A stretch of DNA of 32,000 nucleotides from Candidatus Harpocratesius repetitus (GTDB lineage: Archaea; Asgardarchaeota; Lokiarchaeia; Sigyniarchaeales; Promethearchaeaceae), in NCBI GenBank assembly GCA_021498095.1, contig JAIZWK010000001.1, forward strand, positions 1,980,001-2,012,000, given 5' to 3'. The translations under genes and the position numbers were made by a program. This document shows positions 17,454 through 27,855 of this stretch, one piece after another; within the stretch, counting starts at the first letter, position 1; every line of letters starts with the position of its first letter. The notes under the pieces are model-generated. The model saw only the letters and a program-made list of their open reading frames with translations, was not told the origin of the DNA and ran no database searches.

Positions 17454-18269
17454 TTGCAGATAACTGAGAAAATTATGAATTTTTGGCAAGAAGTTGTTTT
17501 AGCATTCATTCAAGGTATTTTAGAGTGGTTACCAGTAAGTAGCGAAGGATTTCTACTTTTATTTTCAGTCAATCTTTTTAATGAACCAGAAGCATCAGCA
17601 TTTCGATTAGCACTTTACTTTCATTTAGGGACTGCACTCGCTGTTTTAGCAAAATATTGGCGCGATTACTGGGAATCCATAACAAAAAACCGCGATGTTT
17701 TGAGATTTCTAATTCTTGCCACCATATCAACTGGAATCTTTGGAATTCCTTTGTATCTTCTATTAAATGATTTCTTGAGTAGTAATGCCATGACAGGAAT
17801 GATTCTAACACTTTTAATTGGAATCACCCTGTTAATTACTGGAACACTTTTAAAAACGGGTAAGATTAAAGCAACAGATAAAATTTCCTTTTCTGAACGA
17901 AGTATTAAAGATGAAATTTTTTTAGGTGTTTGTCAAGGTTTTGCTATCCTTCCTGGTATCAGTCGTTCAGGAACAACTGTTACATATCTCCTTCTTCGAG
18001 GATATAAGAAGGAAGATGCTTTTTATATGAGCTTTATCATAAGTTTACCAGCAGTAATTGGAGCAGTTTTATTTGATCTATTTATTACACAAGAATATTC
18101 ATTTGCACTAAATGGGGAATTTTTAATCTTGATTCTTATTACAGCTTTAGTAGGTTATTTGAGTATGGGTTTCCTTTTGCGAATGGCACGAAAACTCTCA
18201 TTTGATTTAATTTGCTTTATTTTAGGAGGAATTACTATCCTTTTAGTAATTTTATTATCGATTTTTTAA
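17454..18269 (+). CDS. uppP: Undecaprenyl-diphosphate phosphatase (UppP/BacA family)
   Basis: QGILEWLPVSSEG, HLGT, Q-x-x-A-x-LPGISRSG-x-T, SF-x-x-SLP. Likely start ATG 17475. Confidence 0.92.
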   Translation: MQITEKIMNFWQEVVLAFIQGILEWLPVSSEGFLLLFSVNLFNEPEASAFRLALYFHLGTALAVLAKYWRDYWESITKNRDVLRFLILATISTGIFGIPLYLLLNDFLSSNAMTGMILTLLIGITLLITGTLLKTGKIKATDKISFSERSIKDEIFLGVCQGFAILPGISRSGTTVTYLLLRGYKKEDAFYMSFIISLPAVIGAVLFDLFITQEYSFALNGEFLILILITALVGYLSMGFLLRMARKLSFDLICFILGGITILLVILLSIF

Positions 18270-18434
18270 ATATCATTTTTTTATTTGCTCTCTTTTCTTC
18301 TAATTATAATAATTATTGAGAAAAAATTCCATTTTTGGATTAATAATAAAAAGTAAAAAATTTTGATGGAGATAATTTATATAATCAAATTTTCTTTAAA
18401 TATAATTGAGTATATTAAAAAGAAGTGATATTTT

Positions 18435-19295
18435 TTGCAAGATCAAATAAAAACTGTCCCTATTCCACAAAAAGCAACAAAAAAGTTTAGAAGCACTCGA
18501 ATTGAAAATGCACCTCCTGATTTATTTGATCCAAATACTCCACGTTTGGGACGTCGTGAAAGTGAACCTCATTCTGCTGAAGTTTCATATCTTTATGATG
18601 TTTTAAATACAAATTTTAAGGATGATAATCGTGTTATTTGGGATTTACATCATTATTTTATTATTGAAAATCAAGAAATTGATTTACAATTTGATATCTC
18701 ATTTTTTAAAGGATTATCGATACCTTATACTTTATCATCATATAAAGCACAGCTATACCAAAATAGAGTTCCTACAATGGTTATAAATATTCTCTCTAAA
18801 AGTACATGGCGGGCTGATGTTGGGGAACATGTGGATTACTGTAAATTACTGAAGATTCCTATTTATGTGGTGTTTAGTGCCTACCATGTAACCTCTGCAA
18901 TCTATAAACCTCCATTTTTACGAGCATATATTCTTCAATCGTCAGGTGATTATAAAATACTTGAAGTAAGAGAACCAACCATAAATGAAGATAACCCATG
19001 CCAAAATCCGTCTGCTATTATTGATTTGCGCCCAATTCTTAATTTTAGGTTAGGGATTATGAAATTAAAGAAGAAACATGAAGGAAATTTAGATTTATTT
19101 CGAATTATAATAATAAAATCCACTGTCTTGAAAAGATATCTTACAGAAATGGAGAAGGAGAAATCAAGAGCAGATCAGGAAAAAGCAAGAGCAGATCAAG
19201 AAAAAGTAAGAGCAGACCAGGAAAAAGCAAGAGCAGATTTATTTGAAAAAAAATATAAAGAACTTAAAAATCAATTAAAAAATTCAAAATCTTGA
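18435..19295 (+). CDS. Uma2-like (PD-(D/E)xK fold) protein with C-terminal coiled-coil repeats
   Basis: TTG start. E-x-x-x-H, D-x-x-FDISFF, MVINILS-x-ST, D-x-x-EH-x-x-Y...IPIYVVF, then EKARADQ repeats. Confidence 0.65.
   Translation: MQDQIKTVPIPQKATKKFRSTRIENAPPDLFDPNTPRLGRRESEPHSAEVSYLYDVLNTNFKDDNRVIWDLHHYFIIENQEIDLQFDISFFKGLSIPYTLSSYKAQLYQNRVPTMVINILSKSTWRADVGEHVDYCKLLKIPIYVVFSAYHVTSAIYKPPFLRAYILQSSGDYKILEVREPTINEDNPCQNPSAIIDLRPILNFRLGIMKLKKKHEGNLDLFRIIIIKSTVLKRYLTEMEKEKSRADQEKARADQEKVRADQEKARADLFEKKYKELKNQLKNSKS
19158..19241 (+). repeat. Four tandem 21-bp in-frame repeats encoding EK(S/A/V)RAD(Q/L) heptads
   Basis: gagaaatcaagagcagatcag / gaaaaagcaagagcagatcaa / gaaaaagtaagagcagaccag / gaaaaagcaagagcagattta. 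Confidence 0.95.
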
Positions 19296-19398
19296 TCAAA
19301 AATTTATGGTTTCATCTTTTTTTTGTTTTTTGATTACATTTCTCTCATCATGATAAAAATAATTTTAAGGATTCCATCCAAGGTTAATTCAGATTGAA

Positions 19399-22300
19399 AT
19401 GTTCTTGAGCTTAATGATTATTTTACAATTTGGAGAATTCCTACTGAACCATCTTAATTCTATTTTGATTGGATTTAATACATTAATTGGGTTGATTATT
19501 TTTATTCGAATGATGATTCATTCAAGGGCCGAACTTAAAACTGCTCCAAATTATAAATTTCTTCAGAAAAGTAGTAATTTTATCAGTTCATTCGCTTATT
19601 CATTAATGGTTGCATGCACTGTTACCTTTATTTTTGCATTGCTTTCTTCAATGATCGCTGTAAATGCTCTTTATTATGTTAATAATTTTAAACGAGAATT
19701 TTCCAATTACAATCAACTTATTGCAACATTTCAATTTCCTATTTTCCTACCCACGATTTTGCTAATTATGGGAAGTTTTGCGATTTTTTATTCTTTTATT
19801 GAGTATATTTTATTGGCTCAACCTTCCCAAGATGGTCCTATGGAAATTCAAAGGTGGATTGAAAAAACATTTATTGATCGATTTCACCCACCTTGGAGTT
19901 ATATAATGGCCCTAATTGTCTTTTTTATAGTTGTTCTTCTTGCTCCTCTTATTACCACGAAAATATCTTTACAGTTTTGGACAGGATTGCCTTATAATGC
20001 AAAAATTTGGCTTGTTGTTTTAATCTTTTTGGTTTGGATTATGCTGGGTCCCATATTTTACCTTTCATATTATTCTCAAATAGGAATTGCTCAATCTTTT
20101 TATCGTGGAAGGAAAATTAACTTAAAAAAAGATAAGAAGTCTGCTTTCTTTTATTATATTGCCATTTTAGGTATTATAAATACTTTTTATTCATTTGGGA
20201 AATACTTAATATTGATATTTGATGCACGCCCTGATACAGCACTTAATCCGGTAGCTGCACAAGGGGATTTTTGGCCAATTATCTTTAATTTTATCAAAGA
20301 ACATAGCAACTGGTTTACACAAGAACAAATTGAATCAATTATTGCATTTTTTGCAATTTTTCCACTGGGATTCACTAGTTTTATATTTACAACAATTATT
20401 TTTGGAATTGTTGGATTCTATGCAAAATTTCTGAGTAAAGAACCTCTTAACACCCCAAAAATGGTATTATTTGCTGCCTATATTATTACTGGTATTGCTT
20501 TTTCAATTTTCATAAACACTATTGTTAGCTTTCCATATTCATTTCCAACAAAATTTTTAAATTCAATTGGTTTTCCTTTAAACACTCGAAAAGTAGAAGA
20601 TCAGATTCTTTTGCTACGGATTTTTGCCATACCGTTATTAATTGAGAAATCTATAAATCTTTTCTTTTTAATTAATTTTATTTTTGTGAATAAATCAATA
20701 AAGCAACAGATGGAAAAGTTAATTTTAAATCAAGCGATTATTTCTGAAGATTTTTCGATTTTTCAGAAATATATGAATCATAACGATCCACAAATACGAT
20801 TAAAATTGTTTAAACATCTTCTCGATTATATTAAACTTGATCCAAAAATATCTGAAAATGCAAAGCAACAACTTGCAGATATTTTTTCTTCATTTATTTT
20901 TGATGAGAATCCTGAAATCCACCAAAATTTTATTCAAAATTCTTCAATATTACTTGGATATTTTGGTTTTTCACAACAATTGCAACTTGCATATCGATTA
21001 ATTGCTAAAGAATCACCACAATCTATAAAAATGGGTTTTCAAGTATTAAATCAAATTTTAAAATCTACAAAATTGCTTAGTAATAAAGATTTGACTGTTT
21101 TTTTAGAAATTTTGAAAAAAATATCGTTAAAATCCTATAACAAGAAAATTTTCTCCCAACTTACAGATTTTCTTAGTAATCTCCGTAGATTTTATCCTGA
21201 ATTAACTCAAAAATTAGTTTTATCCTTTATTCAATCAACTCCACGCTTTGAAAATTTACTTGGTCTAAATTTTATCGCTCAGTTTCCTAATTTCCTTCAA
21301 TACGAAAAAAGATTGATTGTCTCTTCATTACGCAAATTTCTAAAACAAATGGATGTCGAATTAGTTCAGAGTGCATTGCATGCTTTTGTTCGTTTTGTTT
21401 CAATTGATATCACCTTAATTCCAGATTTAATGAAAGAATTTAATCAAATTACATTAAATGAAAAATCAATAATTCAAGAGAAAATTGGTGGTGTTGTTCA
21501 GTTTAATTTGCTGCGTCCTGAGTGGTTTATGCAGTTTTTTGATTACCTTAAAGTTTATTTAGAGAGTCATAATTATAGAATCAAGGCAGATGCTCTTATC
21601 GCTTGTGGTGCAATGACAGCGCCTATATCTATCTATCAATTTTTTGATCAAATTTATCCATATTTACTTCAAAATATTCAAGCTGAAGAGATTCAAGTAC
21701 AAAAAGCAGTTATTTCATCATTAATTGTAATTGCACAAACACGTTCTGATATTTACAAAGATTCACGATTTCATAGATTATTTACGTACTTAATTGTGGA
21801 TTCTCATTCTGAAATTCGTCATCAAGTATATCGCTTTTTTAAAGATGGAGATCCTGAATATCTTCTTAATGATATTGCTGTTTTACTAAAAACTCCATTG
21901 GATTTGGAAATAAGAGTCGATCTTTTGAATATTTTATCACAGATCATTCCCTCAATTATTCCTTATGTTGATGATATCGATCTTTTTTCAATTTTAATGC
22001 AACAACCATTTGAAACTTCTGAAAACAGAATTAACCTTTCTGTGATTCAAAATTTACAAGATGATAAGACAACTTTATTTGGATTTACTCGTTTTCATTC
22101 CGCTTTCAATCTTTTTGATTCAGTTGCTACACTTTTATATGATTTAACTTACTATATTCCAGACAAATATCCAATTCTTATTCAATTTTCCAAAACTCAT
22201 CAAAATTTGGAAAGTGATTTAAGCATTGCTAAAAAACTTGAATTTTATGCAAGAATCGTTTATGAAGAATTAAGCTTAGAACGTACAGTTGGCATCGATT

Positions 22301-23832
22301 TCTCCATTTCACAATTTTTAAATTTAGTTCATAATGATTTTTCAAAAATACAATATCATAGTACTAGTGTTTTGATAAAATATCTTCCGAAATTACTAAA
22401 AATTGCAGGAGATTCTCATCACGATCTTTTTCAAATTGGTTTTAACCTTTTAAAATTTAAATCTCAATTGAGTCCTGTTGAAAAGGGAAATCTTTTAGTA
22501 TTTTTAACCGAAACGATCTCAAATAATGAAAAGTATTATCTATCGAATATTTCTCTGCTTGATTTTCAGAAGCAGAAATCAATTTCAATTATTCCCTATA
22601 AAGATGTTCTAAATAAATATATGTTATTTTGTATGAAGGATCCAAATCCTGAAATTCAGAGATTTCTTCTAAAATCCCTTCATTTATTAATGATTGGGTT
22701 TTCAGATGAAGGTAAAATTCGCGAATTTTTGATTCACACAATTCGACATTCAAGAGATCCTAAGATTAAATCATCTGCAATGAAGTTCTTTACTTCTCTT
22801 TCTATTGAGATAAACAACAGAGAAAGTATTTCTTTATTTTCGAAACAACTAAGATCATCAAGTATTGAAGTAAAAGCTCAAGCCATTGATTCATTAGGTA
22901 TTATTTTGCGTGCATTTCCTACGATTAGTGCGAATAATAAAAGTACTGAGGCTAGAATCGTTCGTTCTTTATTATATCGTGCTTTTTATGATTCTTATTC
23001 ACCTTCAGCTCCAATACAAATTCGCGCCATCATTATTGCACATTTACAAACAATTCTTTTGATCCAACCGAATTTTCCTGTTTCTTTAAAAATATTAGAG
23101 CAATTATCTCGAGAACCTGATGAATCTCTTGCCTCACAAGCTGTTTCGCTTCTTTTCGATTTTATTGATTTTAATCAGAAGAAATTTGGTGAAGAACTGG
23201 TGATTCTTCATAGATTTTCTAATTCTACTCATTTTTCTGTTCAAAAAATAATGGCAGATCAAATTGCTCGTTTATGGGAGAATAAAATTCAAATTAGTAC
23301 ACTTTTTCCAATAATATTCAATTTGACGACTAGCAATTTCACAGAAATCCGACAATTAGTTTTTAATATTATTTTCAAGATATTTCGCCAGAATAATTCA
23401 CTGATTGCACTTTTTCTTCAAAATCTATTTTCTCTAACTAAAAAGGATGATCATGAGATACGGAGGGATTCTCTAGAACTTATCCTTAATATTATTAATA
23501 ATCTTCCTGTATCTTTAGAAATTGTTGAAAAAGTTAATCAAATTGTTCTTAGAATGTCTGCAGATCAATCAATTGAAATACAAATATTAGTCTCTCAAAA
23601 AATGATTAATCTTATTAATCAATATCCTCAATATAGTACAATTTATCTACATATTATATCGAATTTCCTCCGTACAAATCATTCTGAAATTATTAAGAAT
23701 ATTCTCCCGGCTTGTCGAGTAATTATTCAAAATAAAGCTGAATATAAAAAGCTACTTGCAAAACATGTTAAAAAAATATTTAAAAAAACTCAAAATCCTT
23801 TTCTGGAACCATTATTACGGGAATTAACTTAA
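19399..23832 (+). CDS. Large polytopic membrane protein with C-terminal HEAT/ARM-like alpha-solenoid
   Basis: About 430 N-terminal residues with roughly 10 hydrophobic segments. About 1000 residues of helical repeats follow with HEAT-like ends (DPQIRLK, SEIRHQV, DPNPEIQR, DPKIKSSA, EVKAQA, DHEIRRDS). Confidence 0.7.
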   Translation: MFLSLMIILQFGEFLLNHLNSILIGFNTLIGLIIFIRMMIHSRAELKTAPNYKFLQKSSNFISSFAYSLMVACTVTFIFALLSSMIAVNALYYVNNFKREFSNYNQLIATFQFPIFLPTILLIMGSFAIFYSFIEYILLAQPSQDGPMEIQRWIEKTFIDRFHPPWSYIMALIVFFIVVLLAPLITTKISLQFWTGLPYNAKIWLVVLIFLVWIMLGPIFYLSYYSQIGIAQSFYRGRKINLKKDKKSAFFYYIAILGIINTFYSFGKYLILIFDARPDTALNPVAAQGDFWPIIFNFIKEHSNWFTQEQIESIIAFFAIFPLGFTSFIFTTIIFGIVGFYAKFLSKEPLNTPKMVLFAAYIITGIAFSIFINTIVSFPYSFPTKFLNSIGFPLNTRKVEDQILLLRIFAIPLLIEKSINLFFLINFIFVNKSIKQQMEKLILNQAIISEDFSIFQKYMNHNDPQIRLKLFKHLLDYIKLDPKISENAKQQLADIFSSFIFDENPEIHQNFIQNSSILLGYFGFSQQLQLAYRLIAKESPQSIKMGFQVLNQILKSTKLLSNKDLTVFLEILKKISLKSYNKKIFSQLTDFLSNLRRFYPELTQKLVLSFIQSTPRFENLLGLNFIAQFPNFLQYEKRLIVSSLRKFLKQMDVELVQSALHAFVRFVSIDITLIPDLMKEFNQITLNEKSIIQEKIGGVVQFNLLRPEWFMQFFDYLKVYLESHNYRIKADALIACGAMTAPISIYQFFDQIYPYLLQNIQAEEIQVQKAVISSLIVIAQTRSDIYKDSRFHRLFTYLIVDSHSEIRHQVYRFFKDGDPEYLLNDIAVLLKTPLDLEIRVDLLNILSQIIPSIIPYVDDIDLFSILMQQPFETSENRINLSVIQNLQDDKTTLFGFTRFHSAFNLFDSVATLLYDLTYYIPDKYPILIQFSKTHQNLESDLSIAKKLEFYARIVYEELSLERTVGIDFSISQFLNLVHNDFSKIQYHSTSVLIKYLPKLLKIAGDSHHDLFQIGFNLLKFKSQLSPVEKGNLLVFLTETISNNEKYYLSNISLLDFQKQKSISIIPYKDVLNKYMLFCMKDPNPEIQRFLLKSLHLLMIGFSDEGKIREFLIHTIRHSRDPKIKSSAMKFFTSLSIEINNRESISLFSKQLRSSSIEVKAQAIDSLGIILRAFPTISANNKSTEARIVRSLLYRAFYDSYSPSAPIQIRAIIIAHLQTILLIQPNFPVSLKILEQLSREPDESLASQAVSLLFDFIDFNQKKFGEELVILHRFSNSTHFSVQKIMADQIARLWENKIQISTLFPIIFNLTTSNFTEIRQLVFNIIFKIFRQNNSLIALFLQNLFSLTKKDDHEIRRDSLELILNIINNLPVSLEIVEKVNQIVLRMSADQSIEIQILVSQKMINLINQYPQYSTIYLHIISNFLRTNHSEIIKNILPACRVIIQNKAEYKKLLAKHVKKIFKKTQNPFLEPLLRELT

Positions 23833-25919
23833 TCTTTTTTTTCTTTTTCAGTATAAGCGATCTTAATTATTCTTAGTAAATTTTCAAGAAAATCAAGTGT
23901 TATATCTCTTGCTTCACTAATTCTTTCTATTTCATTTGTAAAAATTTGGTTTAATTTATTTCTTTCATAAAATATTACGTTTAAATTTTCAGGATAGATT
24001 AATGCAAATAAAAAGTATGCATGATTTTTTGTTCGTTTTTCCTTTTGTGTAATATCTCTAATTGTTTGACTGTATATTAAAGCCGATTTTTCAGTATTAA
24101 TAAACGGTAGTGGCCCAAATAATCCTTGGTGATAAAGCTGACCTTGACCAAGAGTAATAGAGTATAGACTTCCAGAGTGTAATACTTTTGCTTGATAAAT
24201 TGGCTCAGATATATCTAGATTTATTGTTTCATATATCATCGGACCAATCTTTTCATCTATTTTATATACAACCATGGCGATTTCATCAAAATTTTTATCT
24301 AAAATAGGTGATTCTTTAAAAGGATATAATGGATCTTGCAATAAATTTATGATTTTATGTATTAAATATCCTTCCATGCTCTTTTTTACTAAATCAGAAG
24401 AATTATTTGGAAATATTAAGCTTATTATCTCATTGTTTAATTGGTAATAAAAATCAAGTTGCAATTCTTGAGATCGCTTTAGATTAGATTCTAATTTTTC
24501 TTTAACATTATCTAGCTTCCCAAAAACTATTTTCGTCATTATGGAAATTTCTTCAATAAAAAGAGTTAAAATCATTTGATTAATTTGATGTGACTGTTCT
24601 AAACTATTATCTAATAATTTAATAATATCATTAAAGAATTCATCTTTTTCTAATTGAAAACTTTCCATTTTTTGATATAATTGAAAAAATAAATTACGAA
24701 CTAGTAGCAAATTAGAAATAATTTGATATAATTGATGATTTTCTTTTTTACTAATAAATTTAGCTTCAGATAATAAAAATTCTGTTTCGTAATTGTTTCC
24801 ATTTTCCATTGATTTTTTTGCTCTAAAAAAGAGAATTTGTATATGAGTTATAAGTAATTTGTATTTTTTTGAAAAACCGTCTGCAATTTTTAAATTTTCG
24901 TAAGAATTTTTTGTTTCACCGAGACTTTCTTCAATTTCCGCTAAGAATATATATAATTCAGCTAAGAATTCATAGTTTTCTGTTTCCTCAACAACATTAA
25001 TTGCTTTATTCAAAAATTCTCTCGCTCGCATATATTGTGCTTTGATTTCCCAAAATTTTGCAGAATAAAATAAAGCTTTTGAATATCCTATTGGATCTTC
25101 AATTTCACGATAGATTGTGATAGCATTATTAAGTAATTGATTTGCTTTATAATATTTTCCTAATAATAAAAGAAGATGAGCTTGACCTACGCTTAGCATT
25201 GCTTGTGAACGGAGATCTTGATGTAGAATGGCAAAATCAATTCCTTCTTGGAAAAATTCATTAGCTTCTTGATAGTCTCCTAATTGTAATTTTGTTTCTG
25301 CTAAATTATAATAGATTATACATTTCCACAAGCAATTTCTTTCGGCTTTTGCTATATTTAATGCCTCAACCAAGATATTGTAGGATTTCATCAATTTTCG
25401 CATCTTTCGATAAATTAATCCTTTATTTGTCAGTATTTGCAATATTAATTGTATGTTATGTTTAAATTGATTAATTTGAATAGAATCTAAGTATTTTAAG
25501 GCTTCGTCTAGTTTTTTCTGAGAATAAAACAAAGATCCTAAAATACTTGCAGTTTTTGCTTCTTTTTCTAAAATTCCAAGACTTTGGTAAATTCTTAATG
25601 CATTTTTGGAGTGAATTTCCGCTTTTTGCAGTTCCCCTCTTTCAGTTTCAATAATTGCTAAACCTTGTAATGCATCCGCCTCAAATTCTGACAGACTATT
25701 TTTCACAGCAAGATCGTAAATTTGAAAGTAAATATCTTTTGCAGACGAAAATTTAGATTGATTAATTAAAGATCTTCCAAGAAGAATTAATAGATATAGT
25801 TTTTCGTCTAAATTTTTAGCTAAAGGTAATCTTTTTCGAATTTCAGATTCAACTTTTCTTGGGTCAATTAAGAGTTCCTTTTCTTTTTTTAATAGATAAG
25901 ACCTAAATTCAAGAGTCAT
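23829..25919 (-). CDS. TPR-repeat protein with C-terminal longin/uDENN-like domain
   Basis: Many ~40-aa TPR-like repeats (A-x-x-L-x-x-L-G/A...G-x-Y-x-x-A). The C-terminal ~150 aa start with VVYKIDEKIGP. The stop overlaps the convergent gene by 4 nt (TTAA). Confidence 0.75.
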   Translation of the reverse strand: MTLEFRSYLLKKEKELLIDPRKVESEIRKRLPLAKNLDEKLYLLILLGRSLINQSKFSSAKDIYFQIYDLAVKNSLSEFEADALQGLAIIETERGELQKAEIHSKNALRIYQSLGILEKEAKTASILGSLFYSQKKLDEALKYLDSIQINQFKHNIQLILQILTNKGLIYRKMRKLMKSYNILVEALNIAKAERNCLWKCIIYYNLAETKLQLGDYQEANEFFQEGIDFAILHQDLRSQAMLSVGQAHLLLLLGKYYKANQLLNNAITIYREIEDPIGYSKALFYSAKFWEIKAQYMRAREFLNKAINVVEETENYEFLAELYIFLAEIEESLGETKNSYENLKIADGFSKKYKLLITHIQILFFRAKKSMENGNNYETEFLLSEAKFISKKENHQLYQIISNLLLVRNLFFQLYQKMESFQLEKDEFFNDIIKLLDNSLEQSHQINQMILTLFIEEISIMTKIVFGKLDNVKEKLESNLKRSQELQLDFYYQLNNEIISLIFPNNSSDLVKKSMEGYLIHKIINLLQDPLYPFKESPILDKNFDEIAMVVYKIDEKIGPMIYETINLDISEPIYQAKVLHSGSLYSITLGQGQLYHQGLFGPLPFINTEKSALIYSQTIRDITQKEKRTKNHAYFLFALIYPENLNVIFYERNKLNQIFTNEIERISEARDITLDFLENLLRIIKIAYTEKEKKD

Positions 25920-26043
25920 TGTATAAATTTCTCTATATTAAATTGTTTGCATTTAAGTTAAAGAAAATGGTAAATATATATTTTAGTATGATATAGGAAG
26001 CGATTTACTTATATTTTTAAGAAAGTGCCCGACAAATATATTA

Positions 26044-26250
26044 GTGGTAATTATGAAATACAAAATCGGAATTATTATTACAATAATAGGGTTGGGCGCT
26101 TCGCTTTTATTTTATTCTGTTGCCCCAGTAATTACATATCTATTTGGAACTTACATGTTCTTATTCATTATTTTTCTATACTTTACAGACATACGTGGTT
26201 CATATAGAACAATACAGCTTACTAAAGCTTCAACTCAAAACCTTCGATAA
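26044..26250 (+). CDS. Small two-TM membrane protein
   Basis: 68 aa with two hydrophobic stretches; possible start ATG 26053. Confidence 0.45.
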   Translation: MVIMKYKIGIIITIIGLGASLLFYSVAPVITYLFGTYMFLFIIFLYFTDIRGSYRTIQLTKASTQNLR

Positions 26251-26279
26251 TAATAATTGTATTTCATTTTTTTGTTATC

Positions 26280-26471
26280 ATGCTAGATGAAAGAGGAGGA
26301 ATAATTTTGAGCTATAAAGTTAAGTTCACAACCAATCTAAAAGAAAAAATCCATCCTATTGGAAAAAATTTACTTGAATCAATAAAAAAAGAATCAAATA
26401 ATGCCTTAAATTATATTTCATTTATTGAAAAGATTTATGATGATCTGTTAAATGCTCGTCACCAAAAATAA
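26280..26471 (+). CDS. Small hypothetical protein
   Basis: 63-aa ORF in otherwise unassigned space; no motif. Confidence 0.3.
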   Translation: MLDERGGIILSYKVKFTTNLKEKIHPIGKNLLESIKKESNNALNYISFIEKIYDDLLNARHQK

Positions 26472-26635
26472 ATCTCATTATTTTTCTTCTTTTATTATTC
26501 CTTTTCATGAATAATTGAATATTCAAATTAGAAAGAAGTGATACTTTTAAAATCATAATGAATTATAAAATTTTAACTAGTAATTATTAATATTTTGGCC
26601 ATATTTGTAATAACAATTCTTTAAGGTAAATCACT

Positions 26636-26950
26636 ATGTCTGATAATAATCGAGACTTTAAACAAGAAGAGAAAACTATCTTTTTAGGTGGTTTGATTAT
26701 AGTTGTTCTCCTTTTGGTCATTTTTGCAATTAATGGAATGCCTGGATACTTGTATTTGATTGTGGGATTATTAGGAATTACTCTGGGTATTTTTTATATT
26801 CGCTCACAAGAAAAAGAGAATCGCTTTGAATGGATCAAAGAATATATTTATGCTCGTGAAAGAGAAAGAAAAAAGGAATCTCTCAAATATCAAAACAAAG
26901 ATAATAATGATTTTTTAGATGAAGATGATACTCAGCAAATGGATGAGTAA
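26636..26950 (+). CDS. Small two-TM membrane protein with charged C-terminal tail
   Basis: Two hydrophobic helices followed by a charged tail. Confidence 0.6.
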   Translation: MSDNNRDFKQEEKTIFLGGLIIVVLLLVIFAINGMPGYLYLIVGLLGITLGIFYIRSQEKENRFEWIKEYIYARERERKKESLKYQNKDNNDFLDEDDTQQMDE

Positions 26951-26953
26951 ATG

Positions 26954-27793
26954 TTAATTATTTTTTTTTTTTTCAAAAAGAAAATCAAGTAATCCATCAA
27001 TAAATTCAACTTCCTTACTAAGCCAACTCGGAAATTTTATTTTATTTTTCATTTTCTTAATATGGTTTTTATTTTTCAAATAAGTAAATCTAAATGCTTC
27101 AATAAAGATATTAGTTGCATAAGGAAGATAATTTTCAACTTTTTCTTTACTTTTTTCTAAGATTTTGATTAAAATATTGTTTAGTAGATCAAATGTTAAG
27201 TTTTGATCATCAATTAATTGAATTTGATTTTTATCTTCATTAAAATACAAGGTTTTTGGATAATCATTTTCAAGTGTACGTAAAATATTTAAAATTTGAT
27301 TGGAAATATCAGTTTGTATTGATGAATCAATATATATTTCAATATCCTCAATTATTTGAATGATAAATGATAATAGGAATTCTTTTTCAGTAGGATTCAT
27401 TTTTAAAGAGAGAATTCTTTGAATTTTATGAAGAAGTTGATTTTCATTTAATGGGGACATAATATAATCTGTAGCACCAGTATATAATGCTTTGATTATA
27501 TTTTCACGATTTTCTAATCTCGATAAAACAAGAATTTTAATTTGAGGTTTTAATTCGATTAAATTTCTTAAAAATTGAAACCAATCAACATTTTGAATAC
27601 ATATATCATAAATTATAAGATCAATTTTTTTATTTTTGCATAATTCTAAAGCTTCTTTTTCATTATCACTCTCAAATATTTCTTTAAATCCTGCTTCATT
27701 CAGTAATTTTTGTAGCGATTGTTTAATGTATAATGTATCTTCAATTATCAAAATTTTTTCCATATTTGTAAATCTCCCAACATCATTCATCAA
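26954..27793 (-). CDS. Response regulator receiver-domain protein (atypical)
   Basis: KILIIED, DLIIYD, VLS and GATDYI, plus an unrecognised ~150-aa C-terminal domain. Likely start ATG 27763. Confidence 0.85.
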   Translation of the reverse strand: MMNDVGRFTNMEKILIIEDTLYIKQSLQKLLNEAGFKEIFESDNEKEALELCKNKKIDLIIYDICIQNVDWFQFLRNLIELKPQIKILVLSRLENRENIIKALYTGATDYIMSPLNENQLLHKIQRILSLKMNPTEKEFLLSFIIQIIEDIEIYIDSSIQTDISNQILNILRTLENDYPKTLYFNEDKNQIQLIDDQNLTFDLLNNILIKILEKSKEKVENYLPYATNIFIEAFRFTYLKNKNHIKKMKNKIKFPSWLSKEVEFIDGLLDFLFEKKKNN

Positions 27794-27855
27794 ATTATCT
27801 TTAATTAGTTAATTATTTGAGCTTTGTTCTAATAATTCTACTTTGATTATTTTAC

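Noticed and set aside
19158-19241. Tandem repeats considered as a CRISPR array
   Set aside because: Contiguous 21-bp units with no spacers, in frame within a CDS.
15499-20375. ORFs 15499..15696, 15565..15873, 16179..16379, 16500..16694, 17578..17811, 20187..20375
   Set aside because: Nested in GH3, uppP or the large membrane gene.
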